From Octopus sinensis (taxonomy: Eukaryota): 64,000 bases of DNA. Position numbers and translations under genes: made by a program. Shown here piece after piece: positions 15,485 through 29,457 of this stretch (the stretch's first letter is position 1; each line of letters begins with the position of its first letter). The DNA is taken from the NCBI RefSeq assembly GCF_006345805.1, contig NC_042998.1, forward strand, positions 191,394,001 to 191,458,000, written 5' to 3'. Under the pieces are notes generated by a model. It was not told the origin of the DNA. It did no database searches and saw nothing but the letters and a program-made list of their open reading frames with translations.

Positions 15485-15485
<1 letters not shown>
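15245..15485 (+). mobile_element. SINE family A fragments
   Basis: tttgccgttcatcttttcgagg...aagtaccagtcaagtgctggggtcgat, plus a second head ggcggcgagctgacaaaa at ~15375. Confidence 0.65.
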
Positions 15486-15543
<58 letters not shown>

Positions 15544-18500
15544 GCTGTTGTTGTTGTGTTATTATTATTATTTGATTAGGGTACTAATAACAATGTTACT
15601 TTTAATAGCATTAATACTAACTGCACCACCGTTCAAATGCAAATAAACTTCGTAGGAGGTGGGGTAATATTCTCTTTGCAAATTCCAGAATATGAAAATA
15701 TATTACGAGTAGATGTTAAACATCTCAAAGGACAACATTCAGAAGTAAAATATATCTAAAATAAACGTACGAGGTGTGTTTTTTCCTTATTTTCTCTTTT
15801 TTGTTTAAAATTCTATATTCGATGCTTAGTATTGGTTTTGTTTATTTCATTTTCAGAGAATTTTCATAGTTATTTCGTTTTTTTTTTATTTTGTTGCCAA
15901 ACAAAAATATAATTACAGTCCCTGATGCATATATCATATATCTTGTTAATTTATAGCAGGGCAGATTTCAACCGCTTCTGTATGAAATTCCTTCCGATAC
16001 TTTATTTCTTCCTTTAAGATTTACTAGTACACTTAATGTTAAATTATCTCATTATATTTTACGTATTTAAATTCCCTCAAAGTAAATATACTTTCCTGTA
16101 TCTGCTACAGACCACACAAGTAGCTTCCAAGAGAAAATATTTTTAAGAGCATATGTATAATTCGATCAACAGAACAGTATTATAACAATTTTACTTTACT
16201 GGTTATTTGCTATATTAGAAACAATACACAAGACTCTGTAGGAAAACAAACAATCTAGATAAAGTCATCAAGAATAACATAATTATATTATAGTGCACTA
16301 ATACAAAATCCTGCAACTTGAAAGAGAGCATGATTTACAGATATGACAAGACCTATTCGTCAAAATGTCTATGTATATCAAAATATAAGAAGTGATGTAT
16401 GTATTAGTAAACAAATAAAAATATATTCTATCGATAAATTCTGATAGCATTCTAAGGGAAGTATGAAAATTAGTTGTTCTGAGATGGCTAAAATATAGTC
16501 GGTGTCACCATTAGAAAATTAGCTGTGAAGCTGAGGGCTGTTACCTTTAAGAATACGGGTGATTTATAAGGGATAATTATACTCACAGGAATACCGAATT
16601 GCCACAAGCTACATGCAAATATACGGCTTACTTCAAGCGAACAAATCTTACCTAAAAGGAGAGAAAAAATACGTTAATAAGTTTAAATTTGAATTAAAAA
16701 AAGGACAGTAAAAGTTAATATATTAAAATAAGATATTCAGTTAACATTGAATCACTGTTTGACTAGATGATGTAATATACAGTATTATTTCATATTCAAT
16801 AGAACGTCACTTATTACTGTTTATATAAATTTGTATCATAGAAATTAGTTACAAAATATAATGGTAGGGCGCTATGCATGACTGTACTCAACAAAATAAC
16901 AGGTGTTTTTGATGAATTTCTTTGTTAAATTTCAAGAATTTTCACAGAATCAAACGAAGGTATTGATGAAATATTCCACACCAATGTTCATGATAATAGC
17001 AAATGAAGGTTCAAGTGGAATATTTTTCTAACATGCAGCTCTTTTCTGCATGACTCAGTCAACCACAATCTTCTTTTATAAATTGGTAACTAAATTGGTA
17101 ACTATATCTTAAAACTTTTGTATTTGGAAATATTTTACTGTTAGAATTTACTAATGAACAGATCGAAAATGATGATTTGATACTATATTGTAGTCTACTA
17201 TGCAAACTACTAAAAAAATAGTAAGAAGTATAAATTTTAACGTTACGTATATACATATAATGGCTTGGTGATAAATTAATGGACAAACTGTACACTGTTA
17301 AATGTTGTTCGAAAGTCAAACTTAGTTTTGGTTATTTCGCTTGATCTGTTGCATTTCATTTACGACAGCATATAATACCATGCTTCAATAATTTCGATAC
17401 GAATAATCAAAGGGTCCTTTTCTTTACAGATGATTATGTAACTCATGAAGCTTTAAGATGACAAAATCTGCATTTTCATAGGAACATGTATTTTAATACA
17501 CACAAATTATATTATTTCCATCATATTTAGATGCTTAACTTGACGCATATAATTAGCACTATCAAAATATATCGAGCACTTCTGTGACGTTAACAATCAT
17601 ACATCAATAAATTTATCACAGTATACAGTAATATACGTTATACTGACAAAAGGGGGTCCAGTTGCACATTCAGAAATTGAGCTGCAATAAAGTTTGGAAA
17701 GGTTTTCAAAAGGGAAGTTTGACTAAAACAAGAGTTGTGTATTTTCTTACTCATGCGAAAGCTTACTATGAGTCCCATTAATTGTATGTGGCTCAAAGCA
17801 CCTGCATTTGTTACATATATTTATCTTGATAGTATAGGTTTACGTTTGCTACTCGGCATGAAACTTCAGCAAATAATAGAACACTGATAGTGTGCGACTG
17901 ATATATTGGAAACATGAATGCATTGAAAAAAGAGAGATCGATATAATTCTTAAAGTTCGATTAAATAAAACCCGTCCACATTTATTTTCACGTGAAGGTG
18001 ACTATATGATGTAGCTTCCCTGGTTCATTCCCTGCGACTAGGTCTTCATATGCGTGCTTACTCTCACATCTTGTGGCTTAACGCCAAGCCCCTCCTGGTT
18101 CAGTCTATATAGTATTATAAACGTTCAAACCGTGCTCAGAACCGTCTTTATCTATATCTAGGTCTATATTGTTTTTAAATATTACCTTCGGTTTTTAAGG
18201 CTTTAAAATGTTCATTTCAAGGAATTTAGCTGCCGTTGCTTGTCCATACTGTTAGCATATATATACTTCCGCTTTACATTTTGTAGATTGTCACGCATAT
18301 GTTTATTTAATGAATAACATCACTCACAGAAATGTGGTACTTGCTTTAAACTAATACACTTGCGCTTTGCAATTTAGCTATTAACCTTAATGCATGATTA
18401 GCTTTAATGATTGAACGATAGATGTCAATTAGAATTGTTGTTTCTATGTATATATGTATGTTTATGCATGTCACGTAACTGCAATGATCCTAACCTTAAA

Positions 18501-18619
18501 CATACAAACTAAATCACAGAATATTGTTGAAGGGAGCGTAAAATTGCTGTGATAGGAGTATTACATAGATGTTCGCATCCACTCTCGCACAAACTCAGAA
18601 ATCCTAACAAATATAAATG

Positions 18620-19248
18620 GGGTCTTTACCTTTTGACCTACAGATTTAAACAATAATTTGTTGTAACTAAACACTTTAAAACTTCGGACAGTGGTAAAAT
18701 GTGTCATAGAAAACATCTTTTACGCTTAGCATATTTACGAAGTTATTTCACGTTATAGTTCTCGTATTTCGGTAATTTCAACAAATCAATGACGTTTATT
18801 CAGTTGAATAAAATTACTGCCCTTTTTTGTTAACAACAACTATCGGTGGTTAATTTTTCGTTTGTCACTGTTAATTATGACATCGTTCGTGCGTTTGTAC
18901 TGGTTTTTAAGGTTTTAGAGTTAGGGTTTCAGGGTTAGGGTAAGGGTTTTAGGGTTAGGGTTAAGGTTTTAGGGTTAGGGTTACAGTTTTAGGGTTAGAG
19001 TTGCCATAACAGTGACAAACAAAATATACACCGTCGGAAGTTCTTGTTGACAAACAACAGCAGTAATTTTATTCAGCTGTATAAACGTCATTGATTGGTT
19101 GAAATTACCGAATTAGGACAACTTTAACGTGAAAATCCTAAGAGTAAAAGTTGTTTTTGTATTACACATTCTACCAGTATTCGAAGTTTGAAAGTGTTTA
19201 GTTACAAAAAATAATTTTTTAAATCTGTCGGTCAAAAGGTAAAGATCC
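18620..19248. mobile_element. Non-autonomous fold-back DNA transposon (Merlin- or Mutator-like MITE) with internal telomeric-type repeats
   Basis: ~250-bp inverted arms (gggtctttaccttttgacc... / ...ggtcaaaaggtaaagatcc); GG..CC termini; perfect 8-bp TSD TATAAATG at 18612-18619 and 19249-19256; TTAGGG array in the spacer. Confidence 0.9.
18907..19002 (+). repeat. Interstitial telomere-like array (TTAGGG variants, ~20-nt higher-order unit)
   Basis: 7 perfect TTAGGG hexamers in units like TTTTAGGG-TTAGGG-TTAAGG. Confidence 0.9.
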
Positions 19249-19810
19249 TATAAATGCACTTGCCTATTCATTTTCGCATACAACTGTCTATTTAAATAGT
19301 CACAGTTGGCAAGGAGGTACTCAATTACAAGTGGAAATGCGTCTTGTTTTGAAAATTCTGAATTACCCAGTTTTCTTAAAAGAAAACAAAGTAACCGTTT
19401 CTTCGCATTTTCGCTCCAACTCATAATAATCACATATTAATTCGTTAACAATTTGTTCCGGATACGAATTTCAGTACAACTGTACCTAAATTAGTCGTCT
19501 AAATATATTTCAGTTACTTCCCTTGGTCCACAATGTGTTATTGAGCAGCCATCTAAGATATTTCTCACGTCCAATTTATACGTGTGAATCGAGCAGGCTT
19601 GATAAGTTTACACTTCACAGATGAGATCTAATAAATCCTAAACATGTCCATAACTATCTTCTTGCAAGTTGCCAAAGACCACTTTATTATTCAAGGTATA
19701 AAAAAATTCAATTTCTGTAATAACTAATTCATAAATTTTTGAATTATCTATCCATTCCCGTTCTCTTAAAACTACATACATACACACACACACATATATA
19801 TATATATTAC

Positions 19811-19883
<73 letters not shown>

Positions 19884-19970
19884 AATTATTGTATACAGTG
19901 CTCAGGTGCACCAGAACTTGTACAAATGTAATGTACAAATGTCTGGAAAGTGAACAGTATATGAGTCAGA
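19811..19970 (-). mobile_element. Probable retroposon 3' end with (ATT)n tail
   Basis: Element sense ...gtgc-acctga-gcac stem-loop, then tgtatacaataatttc followed directly by (ATT)n; no coding remnant seen. Confidence 0.4.
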
Positions 19971-20929
19971 TAAATACACATATGTATGTATATATGATGT
20001 GCAACCGTGTGTTCGATCTCGTATATTAATTTTACCTCATGCATTTCTTTCATATATATACCTCTGTACCGATAAGATAATAATTAACCGTAGAGAAAAT
20101 ATATACAAACTCCTTTGAAATTGTGCTGTAATATCTTTTAAAATGCAAGAAAACATAGGCCACTATTCGAAGAAGAAGACGTTTTTCTTCTTCGGATTTC
20201 TAGTTTGAATGGACCAGAGCCTTAACTTGAAAGATATGCCGATTTAATTAACATAAACAGTCTAAGTAACCAAATGGCCTGCTAGAGGGGAAAAAACGCC
20301 CTCAAAAATAACTTTCAAAAAGATCGTAGATGCACAGAAAGTCTAGATAGCCAGATATGGCAAGCCTTTGGTCCTAGATCTACTAGGTCATAATTGGTTA
20401 AGCTTTAAAAACTATAAAACCCAATAATTCAATTCTAAAAGCCCGAGTGTTTTGAGTCTCCTGCAGTAACTAAAAATATATTTTCTACCAATAGTAATTA
20501 TTGAGTTCGACCTCGATTCGTATTGATGCAAGGTATCTTTGAGAGATTCATATGACAGAAGTGAAATACCTTTTAGATATGTATCACAAATAACATGTGT
20601 TAGGTGAAATATATACGTGATTATAGTATGGTCTTGTTAGGTAGTCAGGAGAGAGAAAGAAAGAGAGATAGGGAAGAGAGAGAGGGGAAGAGAGAGAGAG
20701 AGAAGAAGTGGGACAGGAAGAGACAGAGAGGAACACTCACAGACAGAGAGCAACCATGACATGGTATTATAAATCGAATGAAAAGGAACATATTTTGCGG
20801 GCTTTAAAATATCTATTTACGAATCTGCTTCGAGGAACACATAAAATACATGTTAAACACAGTAACTCGCATATATCAATATACACTTATATGCACACAC
20901 GAACACATAACGATATGTATAGATTTATG

Positions 20930-21781
<852 letters not shown>

Positions 21782-22790
21782 CATACGTACCCTTTGCTAA
21801 ACACCCACCCATATATCTTATAATTGCCTTCTGCTGAAATTCAATGATCTGAATATGGGTGCGTTCATGTTAGTGGCTGTGTCTGAACGTGTTTTGGCGT
21901 ACATCTCTGCGTATCTATTTACTAGTGAACAACTGCGACTATGATCTGCGTCCTGGTATCTATTAGATTTATATTGCGCCTGCGCGCATGTTTGAATATG
22001 CATGTTATTATATAAGTAGAGGCAGTTATAGAAAGCAAACTACATTTATCTGTGTTATGCATAGAGCATTTCCTTTCCTTTTAGTCACAATTTTTAGTAA
22101 AACGTTGAATATCATAACTGTTCCTTTTACAGTTGGTTCTCGATTATACATAATTATAGTAATTATGCGCGATCATTTTCATTAAAACTACCTAGTGTAA
22201 TGGTGCAATTATAAGTATTTGGCGCACTATTTTCTATCACTGTCTACTTTGCAGAAGATGTTGTATCCTAGTATATGACTATTTCTGCATTGTATACACT
22301 ATCTATTTACATGAATCGTTCTTTCCCAGTACACTTTTTGTTGGATTCAAACACATTCTCAGTTGGAGAGTTTGCTTTTTTTCATTTTGTACATGTCTCA
22401 TTGCTTTGTAGATGGAAACCATTATTTGCACTCAGATGTGTACACACTACAGGCAACCTTTTAGGACAAATGTCATTAAAGTTACTTATTTAGTATATTT
22501 ATCGTAAATATTATTATAAATATTTTTTCTGTATTATCATCATCTGTGTGGATATTACTGTGATTGATGTCATTACTTTGATTGTTATCATAATTATTGT
22601 CGTCATTATTGTTGTTATCATTATTGTTGCTGAGGGTCGCCTTCTATTTCTGCCCCTGTGGTCAATAAAAGAAATCATTATTATCTTGTAAGTCATGTTT
22701 TGTGATAACATAATTTATTACGAGTTTTCTTTAGTTCTTGAAGGAGTTTGTCTTGCTGCTGTTGAAAGATTACGGGATAATGTGGTTATG

Positions 22791-23235
22791 TTTTTTTTCT
22801 TCTCTAGTTTCTGCTCAGAGCTGTGGTCATGCTGGTGCACCGCCGTTTTGCTACACTGTTATTACTAAGAGCCTCCTCTAATATGTGGCACTTGGTGAAG
22901 CATGGAGTTTGATATAGCTACTCTCATTTGCACCTCTTGCCGTGAGGTAAGTTCATCTAGGACTCTCGACAGGAAGAGGTCCAGCTTTGATTTAAAAAAC
23001 CCTACATCTACTTTGTGCAAGTTCCTCAGACTCTTTGGAAGAATAATAAAAATATATGGGCCCTTGAAACCCAGGCTGTTGCAGTAAGTGGTCCTGAAGC
23101 GTGTGGCTTTGTGGATTTTGATATTCTAGGGGAAAATATTACGGAGACCAGCTTTTGAGCTAGTATTAAAGTTGGTGACCCAAACATTTTGGGCACACCG
23201 ATGTTGCATTTTCTACTTTGTACACATGACACAGC
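22791..23235 (-). mobile_element. CR1/L2-group LINE 3' fragment
   Basis: Minus-strand translation RFRTTYCNSLGFKGP..ILPKSLRNLHKVDVGFFKSKLDLFLSRVLDE...SNSMLHQ fits the CR1-type N.LP...FK..LD C-terminus; 3' stem-loop and A-rich tail. Confidence 0.8.
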
Positions 23236-23869
23236 GCACAAGGCGTCGTGCGAGAAAAGAGATTCTCAACGGTTTGATGCGTCTCTAGTAATCAAGACGA
23301 GACGACCACAGGAAATAACAGCACATTAGATGAGTCTGTGTGGAGGCAGATAATAGGCTGATGATGTCGAGATCTCTGGTTTGGAAACACTGAAAAGGCC
23401 ATCTTATGCGCCATATAAACTTTATTGCCAATGCGGGATCTTCAGCTGAGTATGACGAGCATATTTACTCCCGAAACTTTGGCATTATTAGACGTTAATG
23501 GAGATTCCTTCGTGTGAAGAGTATATTTTTAATGACGTACCATTTCATTTCCCAAGTGACATATCGTTTTATTTCACCCATCAAATTGCACAAAGGTTAG
23601 ATTCTAGTTTTATACTTCGCTGATAACATTCTAAATGTAAAAATCATCTACGAAACTTATGTATTTCATGACAATTTTTGTGATGCAGTTCATGCCAAAT
23701 ATGAACAAATATAAACTCAAGTTTATAGTGCATCGGAGGATAGAGCTAAATCATGCTTGCTGGGCTTGAATATATTTCATTGAACGCAATATCCTGGCTT
23801 TCATTAGAAGAAAACATATTCAGCATTATGTTTGTATACGTATTTTATGAAAATTGTAAAAAATCTTTG

Positions 23870-24060
23870 TACAAGGTCAGCTTTTATAGGGGAGAGGTTT
23901 AGACGATTACATAGAACTTAGTGCTTGAGTGGTCCCTCACATTATTGACCCCCGAAGGGATGAAAAGCGAAGTTGTCACCGGTATTTGAATTCAAAATGT
24001 AAAGAGCCAGATGAATGGAAGCTGAACATTTTATCTGACGTGGGATAAACGATTCCGCTG
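23870..24060 (-). mobile_element. Highly degenerate SINE family A
   Basis: ttattgacccccgaagggatgaaaagcgaagttgtcaccggtatttgaattcaaaatgta resembles the family A reverse complement. Confidence 0.55.
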
Positions 24061-25915
24061 CAGATAATACGATAATATTGTACAGCTAGTGCATATTGCT
24101 CTATATCAGCAATAAGTTTCAGTCTACGCGACTCACACACACACACCGAGGTGTGTGTGTGTGTGTGTGTGAATGTGCGTGCGTAAATATGTGTGTGTAT
24201 ATGTGTGTGTGTGTGCGTAAGCATGTATATTCATCAGAAATAATGGTAAGACCATTTCAGGAGTGATGAACTTCTTGCTTTTATAAAATCTGTCTACCTG
24301 GAGAGCAATATTCTGTTGAATAAGAAAAGAAGCTGAATATCATTTAGATGGAAGCTGAATAACTGAACGACACGTTTTAAGAAATGATAGTAGTCGTTAA
24401 ATTTCCACCACATAAATCTTACACACACATACACACACACGCGTGCACATTTACACACATAAACATGCATACATATAAATACAGAAACAAATATATAAGT
24501 CGATATATAGGCAAATCCTTGGACTTAACGATATAGTAATAATCATCAGTAACTCAAATTATGGTACATTAAAAGTAAAAAGAAGTGAAACCTTTTTTTG
24601 TTTAGATAGTTATCAAGCAGTCATAGCTATCGGTCAAACTCAGCGATGGTTTACTTATTAAATCTACCTGAAAGCAAAGAGCAGCAAACTAGAAAATTGA
24701 AGCATAAAAAGTGCATATATATATACAAAAAGTGCATCTATAAAACAGTATATGCGTCTATAAAAAAATGTATATTGCGACACGGTATATAAAAGGCTCA
24801 CAGCAGAAAAAATACAAATATATATTTCATTAAATGTGTAAATAATTAGTTGGACATTGTGACTCAGAAATTACAGAGTGTCGAAAAGAGCAGGTAAACA
24901 TGAATATTATGATGTTTATTCAATAGGATACCGTTCGGAGACAATTGCATGCTTCGTTTAATACGTCGCGCACGGTGAATTCCGTCTCTCACTTACGCAT
25001 ACATTTTATCCCCTGCTCTCCCTTCAGCGTATTTGTTTATGATATAAGCATATGTACACGCAAACATTCATATATTCATACATGTGCATATACTTTTTAA
25101 ACACAAACACGTACTAACACGTATATACCTACATAGACACCCACTTGATACTCACAGTCGTATATAAATACATACGCATACATATACATACGCACACCTA
25201 TATATACCCATATAAGTATATATGCACGTATTAAACTATACATATAAACACATACACACATATAGCTATACATATACATATATATATGTGTATATGTGTG
25301 TGTATACATGAACGCACTCTCATACATATTTACAGATACACGATATATATCCGTACATATATGTGCGTTTGTGCGTGTATATTTATTCGTTTATGCATGT
25401 ATATTACATACCACAGAATTCATCGTTAACACGTATTAGAAGCACGCTCTCCAGTGATTACAAGAAACGAGACTTCAATACTGGAGATGGATAACGAAAG
25501 AACCGTGTCTGTGTATGCTCATAGGTGACCTGTTTTCTCTCAACACTTGAATTTCTGTCTTTGGCTGAAGAATAACTTATGGCAGCAATATAGCTTCTCA
25601 AAATCCGATTACGGTGCTATTGATATACACATGCTGCGTTACATTTAGTCACGCGCTCTCTCTTTCTCCTCTTCTTCAATATGATAATGATGATGATGAT
25701 CATAGTAATGATGATGATCATCATCATCATCTTTTACCGTTTCTTCGTTTTCGTTTTCTTTTAGCGAACTCTTCTTCGTCTTAATTTCTTTGTCTCTGCC
25801 TCTGTTTCTCTTTCTGCCAGTCTAACGTTAATCCAGTTTATATTTGCAACTGAATAGCAAGTTAAGCTGCATAAACTGTTTGACAACAGTTGAACATGGT
25901 AATAACGATGGTGAA

Positions 25916-25952
<37 letters not shown>

Positions 25953-25974
25953 TAATAATAATAATGATAATTGT

Positions 25975-26090
25975 TGAACGAGGCGAGCAATTTCGAGTTC
26001 TGGTGTAAGTCGATTACATCGATTCCAGCATTCAACTGGTACATACTTTATCGACTCCGAAAAGATGAAAGGTAAAGTCGACCTTGGAAT
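25975..26090 (-). mobile_element. SINE family A 3' half between (TAA)n tracts
   Basis: aagtcgattacatcg...actggtac...tttatcgactccgaaaagatgaaaggtaaagtcgacc. Confidence 0.7.
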
Positions 26091-26092
26091 AA

Positions 26093-26147
<55 letters not shown>

Positions 26148-26744
26148 TCCAGCCCCACGCTGAATAAGATAGCCCCGGGCTGAACAGATAGCCCCGCACT
26201 GAATAACAACATGGATGTACTCCACATTCAAAAACAAATCTAATCTAATAACATCGATGTAATCGGATAAAGAAACCTGTGGAAGACTTGTAGGAAGCGG
26301 TCTTCTAACGAAAATAATAAAATAAGAACAAAATTTTACTGCTATACAAAGTACAGTTTCTGCTATGCACGATACACACGCGAAATCAACACCGGAAAGT
26401 TTACAAATTATAAAATAGCAATGGAACTAAACAGTAAGTACATAATTTCGCATACATTCCAATGTCCACACACTCATATATACATTGTGATGCACATAGG
26501 ACTACACATACATCTCAATGTTTACACAACTATGTGAAATTTACAGGGCATACATTCATGCATATGAAAACACGAGTCACAAACGAAGCGAAAACAAAAA
26601 CAAAGCTATTTGTTTTTATTTTTCGAACTAATACAGAGTGAACAATTGATAATTTTAAGAACACCACAAAAAATTATGCTCGGAGATAAATCTATCAACG
26701 CAAAAAAATACAGAAGAATGCAGATCTGTTAGCCTGAAACGCTA

Positions 26745-28495
26745 ACATTTGTCCTGACTAAATATAGTTTTTTCATAGAAAGTGGCATATTCCCTAATGA
26801 GCAAACATGATGTAAACGTGTATCCCATTGTTGTAATGATCAGCTACTCATCAATAAGATGATCTTGTAAGATTGTCACAAACGACACAAAAACGTGTCA
26901 ATAGCCTAGATAGACTATAAAAAAACGTTTGATAGCCTACCACATAGCTGGATTAAGAAATACCTGGAAATGTATAAAATAGCTCCTACTTTTTGTCTGT
27001 AAGTATGAGATCATGGAGACTTTGAACAGTGACAATGGATCTCTTAATGCTGGAGATGAAAGAATTTCATGTGGCATTTTCCACGGTAACTCACTCCTCT
27101 GTTGTCTAGCCTTAATACCTCTCTCGAAATTGCTGAATGATGTACAGTACGGTTATAAAATAATTGATAAAAATATAAATCATCTCATTTACACGGATGA
27201 TTTAAAGCTCTTTTCAAAAACGACCAACAACTCAAGGGCTTATTTGCAATTGTGAAACAATTCAGTGATGACACCAGGATGCAATTTGGCCACGATAAAT
27301 TAAAGGAAAAATGACAGAAACATCTAACGTTGACCTTGACCAGCAGAATGTCATAAGAGAGTTAGAACCAGCGGAGAGCTATAAAAACCTAGGGGTATTT
27401 GATGGGGACGGAATCAAAATTCAGTGATGAGGGAAAGGATTGGAAGAGAATGTTATCGCAGGGTGAGAGCAATACTGAATGCAAGGAACAGGATCGAAGC
27501 GATCAATATTTTAGCCATACCAGTCCTGACTTACAGTTTCAATATCATTAACTGGTCAATTATTGAAATATGTAATCTTGTCAGAAAAATAAGAAAATTG
27601 TTAACAAAGCATACAATGCTGCATCCAAAGACTCATATAGAACAACTTCATCTGCCAAGAAAAGAGGGAGGCCGTAGACAACTGGCCGTAGACAACTGGC
27701 CGTAGACAACTAGCATTATCAATGAAGTTTGCCACAAGTGGCCTAGACACCTACCTGAAAGACTCTGAGGACTGGATGTTAAAACTGCTAACATTGCTGC
27801 TTTAAATATTCTGACTGATAAATGGCAAGAAAAACCTCTCAATGACAAATACCCAAAGAGAGTGAATAATGCCGATGTTGACAAAGCCCTGACCCATCAA
27901 TGGCTAATGGCATCTGGCTTAAAATCAGAAACAGAAGGGTTTATCACAGTAGCCCAAGATCAATACCTACCTACAAAGAACTACCTGGCCAACATATTAA
28001 AGAACAGCAGCTCCCCAATATGTCGTGTATGTCAACAACAAAATGAAGCCATTGATCATGTTGTCTCCATGTGCAGTCTTCTTGCGCCTACAGAGTATCT
28101 CAACAGGCATGATAGAGCTGCGCAATATATTCACTGGGTCATTTGCAAAAACCTGGACTTGCCCCATGATGAAAACTGGTGGGAACACAAACCACCTCCA
28201 GTGCTTGAAAATAATCACATCTCTCTCCTCTGGAACTTCACCATTCAAACTGACAGAAACATAGATGCAAATAGGCCAGATATCATATTGAAAGACTTCA
28301 GACAAAAAACCATGCCTCCTCATTGATATGACTGTCCCAATCGATATAAAAATATCTGTCAAAACCTAGCAAAAACTGAGCAAGTATAAAAATCTTGAAA
28401 TAGAAATTGGCAAAATGTAGGACCTCAAGACTAAAACAATACCTGTTGTCATAGGTGCCCTAGAAATGATAGCAAAAGGGGTTAAATGCTACATC
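26745..28495 (+). mobile_element. R4/Dong-clade non-LTR retrotransposon pseudogene (RT + CCHC zinc knuckle + restriction-like endonuclease)
   Basis: DQLLINKMIL, IDYKKTFDSLPHSWI, GIFHGNSL, YTDDLKLF (RT); LPRKEGGR; KSETEGFITVAQDQ; CRVCQQQNEAIDHVVSMC (zinc knuckle); RHDRAA; NRPDIILKD; KYKNLEIEIGKM (RLE). Disrupted by stops and frameshifts; 3' end missing. Confidence 0.93.
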
Positions 28496-28754
28496 TAGAA
28501 TGTAGCCATACTGATGACGACAGATCTGGATATTTGTCGCACCGACGAACTCCAATTCAGCTTCTATCAATGTAGTTTCGCTCAAAAGGCTTCGTCTGAC
28601 ATAAGGTACCTGTCCAAAACAACATAATGTATGTGCATTGTTACAATTGCAGCAATATAAAAACGTGCGAATGTATGTGTATGCGACTATATATTTACAC
28701 ATGTATGCCCGTCTGTGAGTCTGTGTATGTGAATGAGTGTGTGTATGTGTGTGT

Positions 28755-28799
<45 letters not shown>

Positions 28800-29021
28800 C
28801 GGGCATACATACTCGTATTTCTATGTATGTAACACTCATGTCACTATAAGACTGTAGATGAGTACCTCATGCGAATGATCTGACGGCAATAAACAACGTC
28901 ATGAGCATTGTTTTTATCAGGCAAACTCTTACAAGGAGTATTCAAAGCTTTAGACATATAGTCTGAGCAACGAACTATTTGAAAATGTAATTCTACACAT
29001 ATATGAATACACATGCGTGTT

Positions 29022-29327
29022 ATTTCTTTATTGCCCACAAGGGGCTAAACAGAGAGGGGACAAACAAAGACAGACAAACGGATTAAGTCGTTTATATCGA
29101 CCCCAGTGCGTAAATGGTACTTATTTAATCGACCCGGAAAGGATGAAAGACAAAGTCGATCGACGGAATTTAAAGTCAGAGCGTAACGGCAGACGAAATA
29201 CCTATTTCTTTACTACCCACACGGGCAAAGTCGACCTCGGCGGAATTTGAACACAGAACGTAACGGCAGACGAAATACTGCTACGCATTTCGCCCGGCGT
29301 GCTAACGTTTCTGCCACCTCGCCGACC
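29022..29327 (-). mobile_element. Composite (dimeric) SINE family A
   Basis: Two partial family A units joined at gacgaaatac|ctatttctttactaccc; imperfect ~21-bp TSD atatgaata..acatgcgtgtt at 29001-29021 and 29333-29355. Confidence 0.85.
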
Positions 29328-29402
29328 TTTGAATATGAATATATACATGCGTGTTTGTGTGCATGTGTGAATTTGTGCGTGAGTGTGTGTGCATAAGTAA
29401 AT

Positions 29403-29457
<55 letters not shown>

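Noticed and set aside
21818-22003. ORF containing SLVNRYAEMYAKTRSDT, vaguely MIEAP/SPATA18-like
   Set aside because: No plausible splice acceptor or donor; the sequence looks like decayed CA-rich repeat, so the similarity is probably coincidental
24133-24172. (CA)n-(TG)n hairpin; similar inverted simple repeats at 20169-20195 and 25690-25730
   Set aside because: Inverted microsatellites are common and carry little information
28511-28600. CTGATGA plus stem-loop, and an opposite-strand cagacga...gaaac, both hammerhead-like
   Set aside because: The first lacks GAAA after stem II and the second has a broken core with no clear stem I; at most decayed relics
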